A DNA stretch of 64,000 nucleotides from the human T2T-CHM13v2.0 reference genome, Homo sapiens. Below are positions 56,139 to 64,000 of this stretch, piece by piece. Each line of letters starts with the position of its first letter. Positions within the stretch are counted from its first letter, which is position 1. A program made the position numbers and the translations under genes. The notes under the pieces are model-generated. The model saw only the letters and a list, made by a program, of their open reading frames with translations. It ran no database searches and was not told the DNA's origin. The stretch lies in NCBI RefSeq assembly GCF_009914755.1, contig NC_060926.1; one strand, 5' to 3'.

Positions 56139-58660
56139 AAAAAAACTACTCTAATTACCTCATTCAATCATCTGTGTACCCAATTCATGATACATTGTAG
56201 GTTCTCAACAAACGTGAAGTTCCTTCTCTTCCTTTTGCCAGTAGTGTTCCAAGGTTCTAAGGAGGACTTCTATTTTAAAAGGGTGATCATTCACTCCCCA
56301 GGAATCCTATTCCAGGGAGCCCAGAGAAATCCCCTACAAAGAACTGGGTCCAGCTGCATGGAAAGGAATTTCACAGAATTTGGCTCTTCCTCCACAGATT
56401 CCTTAGCTGTCTTTTCTATCCCAGATATATTTAACACAAGCAGCTCAAGGGAATTGAATAATATCTCTGGCCTGATCTGAGACACGAAGCCATCTGGAGA
56501 ACATAACTTCTAACACTTATTCCTGGTTGCATCACACCTAACCACAAAACCCATCCATGCTCAGGGTCTCTCCATCACTTTCCTCTCTCCATGGACTTAA
56601 ATGCACAGGCCTGCAATGACCTTTGAAAGCTTAGCAAGAGCAATCTATTCTCCCTTTAGTCTCCTCTAGGCTGTTTCCCTAACGAGGGAACAGTAATATG
56701 GAGAAGGCAAATTAGAAATAAAGCCAAACTATCCAAAGTAAGTAATTTCTGCCTTGTTCTGCAATGTATGGCACATGTTTTCCTGGGAGCAAATTTGTTT
56801 TCTTAATTGGGTTTTATTTAGGCAACTAGCAAAATTAATTTCCATTCCCTGAGCACTTTTCATCTGATAGCAATGGGGCAGCCTGAGATTAAATGTTCCC
56901 TATGAATAAGCAAAGAAGGAATTGTTTGTGTGGCAAATCAATAACAGCACTTCTTTGATACAGACCTAAAGATCTCAAAGCTCTATCTCAGAAATTGTAC
57001 GTAGTGTTTTGCTGAACACCCAACCATCTATTAAAATCTGCCTTCCTCCCTGCATATTTCATCTTAATTCTTATCCTGGTACCATTCCCAAACTTTCTAT
57101 CCCCATTGGGCTAAAGCTACTCCAGAAATCCTTCCACACGAGATGCAATCATTATACTGCTCTCTGCCACGTTGTCCCAAGCCAAATAGAACTGGCTGCC
57201 TCAAATGCCTGGAGGTGGCTTATTGTTACTAATACATGTTTTACAGCATAAAGAATGGCTGAGTATCCTACAGTCCTGAGGTTTGGCTCTATTTGGTGGG
57301 CTGACTCTGCCTGTGACCAAGAAAACAGCTGAGTAGCAGGGTGGTAAGTATACATAAGGCAACTAGACTCTTAGAAAAAAGCAGTTAGAAAATGTATTCA
57401 ATAAATATTCACATCCAATTGTGGTCTCTTCCTTTAACTGTGACAAAGGGAATACAAACAAATCATCAGCACACAATTAGCGCTCTATCCATGGAACAGA
57501 ATTTCTCAAAATTTCCACGTGTGACCCACCCTAAGACTGCCACGTATGCCCAGATGCTAGTAAGAAAACTGCCTGAGATGCAAAGAAGGTGCCGCTTCTT
57601 TGGTTACCTTTGCTCACTGTCCCATTTGTTTTCTCAGACTCTGGTTTTGGTAAATCTTCTTTGCCCTGGTAGTTGACAAAGGGCCAGATTTGTAGCTGGT
57701 CAGTGGTTTGAAACTAATTGGTCAAAACATCAGGGTGTTTTCCTAAAGCAGGAGGAAATAAACAGCCCTAACTGTAATAGCATTTATCAGGAGATTTTTT
57801 TCCATAAGCACATAATACAGACAGGTAGAGAGAGAATCAACATGATAACAAATTCATCAGTATAATTATTGTCAATGAATTTGATCCAAGGTGACTTAAG
57901 TGATTTCATTTGGAGAGTAAATGTTGGGAACAAAAGTATTAGGATGGTAGTACAAAGGGTGGTTAAGACATGGGTGATGTGGTCCAACCTGGGTTCAAAT
58001 TGCAGTTCTACTATTTACCAGCCGTGTGACCCTGAGCTAGTAATTTAACCTTGAAGCTTCAGTTTCCCCATATTATGTGCTTAGTGAAGTATAACACACA
58101 GTAAGAACTTGACAAAAATGAGCAACAATAAAGCCTCAAATACCAGACTGTTATGGAACTGTTTTAGTCTCAGTTTTAACTAAGCCCAAAATGGTTCCAA
58201 TAATTTCCAAATTTCAATGTTAGATACCAGACAACTTGAACAGGATTTACAAAGCAGATGTTCTAAAACTCTTTCATGACCCTTGTCTCCTCACCCACTC
58301 ATGAGTATAAAAAAATAATTTGGTACAACTAGTAGAATTAGAATTAAAGATTGGAGTGGAATATTTTTTTGGAAATGTCTACCCTCACTTCAGTACTAAT
58401 GAGAGAGACTTCAAGGAGATCATTCAGTGAGCTTGTTATGGGTCTCCTGGATGTCAAGCAACACAGTAAATGGAAAGTGGGCCACACCTGAAAAATATAA
58501 AGGACCAGACATAGCTAGAGTCCTGTGAAAGAAGAGGAGAGAATTGTCACTGGGAAGTAATTGCATTCCCACAAAAAGAAAATCTCAGATGTGGGCCACA
58601 TGAAAGAGATGGCAGTAAGGTGGGGAGAGTGGCCTTATAGTTCCTTCCCAGGAGAGACAA

Positions 58661-59450
58661 GGTAGGCAGAACTCTAAGATGCCCTTCAAGATTCCCACCC
58701 CCTCCCATATACGTCTGTATGATTCTCTCCCCTTGTATAATAACCCCCATTGGAGCTAGGCACAGTGGCTCATGCCTGTAATCCCAGAACTTTGGGAGGC
58801 CGGAGTGAGCAGATCACCTGAGGTCAGGAGTTTGAGATCAGCCTGGAGTTTGAGACCAGCCTGGCCAATATGGTGAAACCCTGTCTCTACTACAAATACA
58901 AAAATTAGCCGAGTGTGGTGGCACTCGCCTGTAATCCCAGCTACTCAAGAGGCTGAGGCAGGAGAATCGCTGGAACCCAGGAGGTGGAGGGTTGCAGTGA
59001 GCTGAGATTGCACCACTGCACTCCTGCCTGAGCAACACAGTGAGACTCCATCCCAAAACAAACAAACAAACAAACAAACAAAAAAAACCCATTGGGTGAG
59101 ACCTGTAAGAATGATAGGATAACACTTTCATGATTAGGCTACTAGTCAGTTGGCTTTGAGTTGATCAAAGGAGAGATTTCCTAAGTGGGCTTCACCTAAT
59201 TAGGTGAGACTTTAAAAGAAGACAGTGTCAGAGAGACGTGCTAGCCTGGAAGATGTAGCCTCCATGAGTTCTGGAGCTGCCAAGAAATACATGTTGCCAA
59301 CACCCATGTGAACTTGGAAGATGACCCCAAGCCTCAGATGAGATCACAGCCCTGGCCAACACGTGGATTTCAGCCTAGTGAGACCCTGAGCAGAGGACCC
59401 AGTTATGCTGTGCCTCGACTTCTGACCTACAGAAACTGTGAAATAGTTTC
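58661..59450 (+). mobile_element. MLT1E-like MaLR LTR, Alu-interrupted, 3' end missing
   Basis: ggcagaactctaagatg start; gagaccctgagcagaggacccag...cttctgacctacagaaactgtga near the end. Confidence 0.75.
58754..59087 (+). mobile_element. AluS SINE with an internal 18-bp tandem duplication and (CAAA)n tail
   Basis: Flanking repeat CCCATTGG; GGAGTTTGAGA(T/C)CAGCCT x2 at 58827-58862. Confidence 0.95.
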
Positions 59451-59464
59451 CGTAGGTCAGAAGA

Positions 59465-59797
59465 TCTATGAAGGAGTGGATCCTTCATGAATGGCTTGGT
59501 GCCATCCTCCCCATAATGAGTAAGTTTTTGCTCTATTACTTCCTGAAAGAGCTGGTTGTTAAAAAGAAACTGGTACCTCCCCACTCTCTCTTGCTTCCTC
59601 TCTCTCCATGTGATCTCTGCACACACCAGCTCCCTTTCCCTTCCCTTCCCTTCCACCATGAACGGAAACAGCCTGAAGCCCTTGCCAGCAGCAGATGCTG
59701 GTCCCATGCTTCCTGTGCAGCCTGCAAAACAACCTCTTTTCTTATAAATCACTCAACCTCAGATATTCCTGTGTGTCAACACAAATGGACTAAGACA
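59465..59797 (+). mobile_element. MSTB-like MaLR LTR, 5' end missing
   Basis: ggatccttcatgaatggcttggtgccatcc...gcagatgctgg...aaatggactaagaca. Confidence 0.8.
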
Positions 59798-61718
59798 CCT
59801 CATTTGTGATAGAACATAACAGATGAAAGATCTTCAGTAGCTGGTTGCTGAAGGAAGAGTGCCAAAATCTCACAAGTGCTCACAGGAGAATCAGGTTCAG
59901 CCTTCTGCCTGGCCCACCATGCTCCAGTGCCTGCTCACAATGGTACCAGACACGCAGACCTTCTCTGTTCCCCTACCTTCCTCCCATACTCACCCCCAAC
60001 TTGAACCCACCACTGTGGGAATCAGGGTCAGAAACCGTAATCATTAAGATGGGGAGAAGGGTAGAAATGCAACACCAAGAGATGTAGAGGAGGCCTCTCA
60101 GCTCCCCACCCCCTTTTCACTGCCAGCTTCCTACCTGCATGGGCCTAATATTTTGAAGGAGGAAGTTTGAGTGAGGCTCCTAGTCTTGATCATTACACTA
60201 AACTGACCCTAAGTAAACTGAGTAAATACAAGTATCTGAGTCTAGCTTCCTTCTTTCTAGTTAAAGTAGCTAGAGAAGATTTTGTCTCTGAAAATAAGAA
60301 GATACATTCCAGGCCTAGTCGAGATTTTATCTAAGGGTAAGGGAAAAAATGACTGGGTTTACAAACAAACACTGAGAAGAAAGAGTTGCTTTACAGTAGC
60401 ACCAGCCTAGTCTGTTGTTTGAACATAAGAGTTACTGAGATATTAATTATAATTAAATACACCAAGATAAATCTTCTTCTCTGTTTCTCAATAGGAACCA
60501 TCCAGGTAGAAGAATGAAGTGAGAAAATCAAGTCCACATTAGCTGAAGAGAGCCTTGAAATTGACCTAGTGTCATGACTGACAATACGGATCAGGCCATG
60601 AACAGAAATTCTGCCACTGGGTTGTGATGAATTCTGCTCTAATGGGGATCTCAGACGTTTAAGGGGAAGGGAAAAGGGGAAATGGTTGGGAGACTCAACA
60701 TGGCTTTTAAGGTCAAGTCTAAAATGATGGCGACAGCTCCCCTGACAACCCTCTTGCCTCACAGAAGTGGAAAGGATTTCTTGCACACTAAGAATAAACA
60801 ATTTTCTCAGGGTAACTCATTATTTATTCAGTGCAAGTACAATTGAGAACAGTCCCTGGCAAGATCTGTAATTTACCTAAAAGTCATGGTTTTCACTCCT
60901 AAAAAGACCAATTGCTGTCTAAAAGAGTATTTTCAATATAAATTTTCTTCCTGAGATACAGGTATGCATGAGTGGTAAGTACATACAGGCACACACTCAC
61001 AGACACGCCTCCTTTTTAACAGATGTCCATGTTTTGTTAAAGTATGAGAAAGCAGCCAAACTGCATTTGTATTTTCACTCCTACAGAGAAAATGTTGGGC
61101 CATAGAGAGAACAGGGAGTCTCAAGCAGCAAGCATGGAAAATGATGATGAGACAATTGGGTTAAGAAGAAGGGCCTGGGATGGCTCCAGAAAAGGTGCAG
61201 AGAGAGGCAGATACATAAAAAGCACCAAGCCAGAAGCAAGAGTGAGGACCCCAGCATCCCTTCAACTTATCTAGCTTACTCCTGGTGAGGACTAGGCCTG
61301 GAGGGCTGGGCTCTAATGGCAAGGTCCACATCACCACATTTGGTCCTCATCAGAAAGGAGGCAGCTGCTTAGGGAGTGTCCTCCTGAGCAGTTTCATCCC
61401 TCATTCTGAAAGAGTTAGGGCTGACCATTGCATACTTAAGCAGTGAGTTATGCACAGGCTTACTGAAAGTCTCTGTCTGTGACCTTGCTTCCTCCCACCT
61501 ACATTCCCTGCCTGGAATGCCTCTGTGACACTCTTTCTTCTCTTTATTGAAATCCCAGGCTACCTTTAAGACCCAACTCAACACCTACCACTCCATAAAG
61601 TCCACAAGTACATCCCTCATCTCTAAATTCCTATGAAATTTAGAAGGAAAGGAGAAGGGAATTGACATGCTGAGATCATCTGCTTTATACAAAGGATGAG
61701 TTTGGATGGTTTCCATTC

Positions 61719-62269
61719 TGTTTCAGTTCTCTCTCACTGTATAACAAACCATCCCCAAAACATAGTGGTTTGAAGCAGCCATTTTACTGTGCTCATGAAT
61801 TCTGTGTCAGGAATTTGGAAACGGCAAAGCAGGGACAATTCTCATTGAACTTGCTATGGACTTTGAGCGAGATGACTTTCATGACTGGGAGTGATTCAAG
61901 TCACTGAGGACTAGAATAGCTCAGTTTGGAGGATCCACAGCGAAGATGTCTTCTTCACTCACAAATCTGTGCCCAAGCTGGAATAGCTAATGAACAGTTC
62001 AACTGGGGCTCAACCAGAATGCCCACATGTGGCCATACCAGCATGATAGTCTCGGGGTAGTCAGGCTTCTCACATGGTAGCTCAGAGTTTCAAGAATAAA
62101 AGCTCTGTCTGGCCTTTTATGACCTAGTCTTGGAGCACAGAGTATTTCTGCCATACTCTTTTGCTCCAAGCAGACACAATTTGTCCAGTTTCAAGGAGAA
62201 GATACATAGACCCCACCTCTCAATGAAAGAAGTGACACAGAATTTGCAGTTGTGTTTTAAACCCACCAC
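61719..62269 (-). mobile_element. MLT1 (F/G/H-like) LTR
   Basis: ataacaaaccatccccaaaacatagtgg start; gaagatacatagaccccacctctcaatg...cccaccaca end. Confidence 0.7.
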
Positions 62270-62784
62270 AGATAAAAATCACACATTTAATTCTCACAGA
62301 AATGTTTAGAAAGTATAAGTATTTCTCCTTTATAGATGAGGAAAATCAAGACTCCAAGAGGCTAAACAAGTTGATTATTAGTCTCGTGCCCAGAGAAAGG
62401 AGTCCAAGTTTGTCTGATTTCAACATCACCAGTCTTTTCATGCAGACATTCTGCCACCCTTGAGTCCTTATCACAATGAGACTTCTGTAATCCTAAACTC
62501 ATTAATAGCACAGATTGTATCTTGTTTCTTGTTACATACATATGACCTAAAAACCTAAAACAATTATGAAAATTCTCAATATTAGCCAACTGGTTTCCAC
62601 CCCCTTTCTCCTGCTACAAGCATTGCACCTTTCATCTTGCTTTCCCTCTTTACACTGCATAGGTAAACGGACTTTCTGACACCAAGGCTGCTCCCTCTCC
62701 AGGGACAGAAAGTATAGCAGAAAGTCAAGTACACAAAAACAGAAGTTGCTTTTTGTTTCCTGGCAGAAAAAAATGTAAAAAGCA

Positions 62785-63860
62785 CCATTTATTAATTCAA
62801 CAAATATTTATAAAGCACCTACTATGTGGCCAACAGTTTTAAGCAACGGAGATAAGGGATTGACTAAAGTTTCTGCCCTAATGGACTGATATTCTAGGAG
62901 CTGACATGGGCTAGTCAATAGATTAAAATATAACATAATGTCAGTTAATGATAAGTGCTATAAAGAAAGTAGTTGGGCACTGTTTTAGACAGGGTTTCAG
63001 AGAATACAATTTGAAAAGTTGACAAAGAAAATGAGGTTAGACAGTCAATGAAGGGCCTCCTGTAGGATCTCATAGGTCACAGTAAAGATTCTGAATTACA
63101 TGCTGAGTGTGATGGGTTGACACATAAAAGTTTTAAAGCAATAGGAAGTAACATGATCTAATTTACATTTTTTAAAAGGTGGCTTGTGGTACTTTTTTTA
63201 AAAATTGACTATAGAGGAGCAAGGAAGATTAAATATGGTCATAAATTTTTTGACACTTCTCTCATTGAGAAAAGGGATCTATTTTTCCTTCCCTTAAATC
63301 CAGGCAGACTCTGTAATTGTTTTGACCAATAGAATATAATGAAAATGGTGCTTTGACAGTTTTTCAGGCTTACACTTTAAGAAACTGGCAGCTTCTACTT
63401 CTAGTGTCTTGGAAAACTCATTCATGTAACCTAGCCACCATGTTGTGAGGAAGCCCAGGTAGCCACAAGAAAAGGCCCTGTGGAGAACTGAGGCTTCCAG
63501 ATGACACTTCTAGCTAAACTCATATCCAAGAGCCTGCACCAACATGCCAGTCATATGAGTGGACCATCTTGGAAGTGGATCCTCCAACCTCAGTTAAGCC
63601 ACCCTAGGTGACAATGCAAGGAGTAGAAACAAGTTGTCTTCCTGAACTCTTCTGAATTCCTGATCCACAAAATTGTAAGCATAAGTTTGGTGTATTTTGT
63701 TATGCAACCATCAATAACCAGAACAAAAGACAAGAGAGAAAGCAGGAAGACCAATGAGGAGGCTATTGCAGTAATCTAGGTGAGTGATAATGGGGTTTAG
63801 GGTGCTATCAGTGTAAAGGGTAAAAATTGTTAAGATTCAGAATGTATTTTCACCGTGAAG
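62785..63860 (-). mobile_element. L2 fragment interrupted by MLT1H-like LTR
   Basis: attcaacaaatatttataaagcacctactatgtg (antisense L2 3' end) ... ggaggctattgcagtaatctaggtgag. Confidence 0.7.
63215..63725 (+). mobile_element. MLT1H-like LTR
   Basis: ttttgaccaatagaat, aagaaactggcagcttctacttc, ttgttatgcaacc...aataaccagaaca end. Confidence 0.7.
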
Positions 63861-64000
63861 GAATTGGTGACTATATATGGTTGCCTAAAATCTTGCGTGG
63901 AAAGAAAAGATATCTAAAATTCATGGTAAAAATTAAAGTATTAAGTGTTTTATTAAGTGTTAGGCATTGTGCTAAAAGTCTTCTATATGCCTTACCTGAT

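Overview
Primate (human-like) nuclear genomic DNA: CpG-depleted, AT-rich, and dense in Alu, L1, L2, MIR, MaLR/ERV LTRs and DNA-transposon fossils. I could not recognise any intact protein-coding gene. The only protein-like ORFs are broken pieces of Tigger1 transposase and L1 ORF2, so the window is intronic or intergenic, and I cannot name the locus. Main elements: a near full-length Tigger1 carrying a U6 snRNA retrocopy and an AluS; a solo LTR12 (ERV9) nested in an old L1; a 1.9-kb 5'-truncated L1PA; and MLT2A, THE1, MLT1 and MST LTRs. I found no convincing new biological system. The best leads are mechanistic scars visible in the sequence: (1) a 41-bp-stem fold-back hairpin inside Tigger1 with pre-miRNA-like geometry; (2) U6 and Alu retro-insertions primed from the same TT^AA position on opposite strands; (3) a 222-bp locally templated copy pasted into a MIR via microhomology; (4) a fold-back at an L1 5' junction. 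Repeat names and subfamilies come from my recall of consensus sequences and need RepeatMasker/Dfam confirmation.
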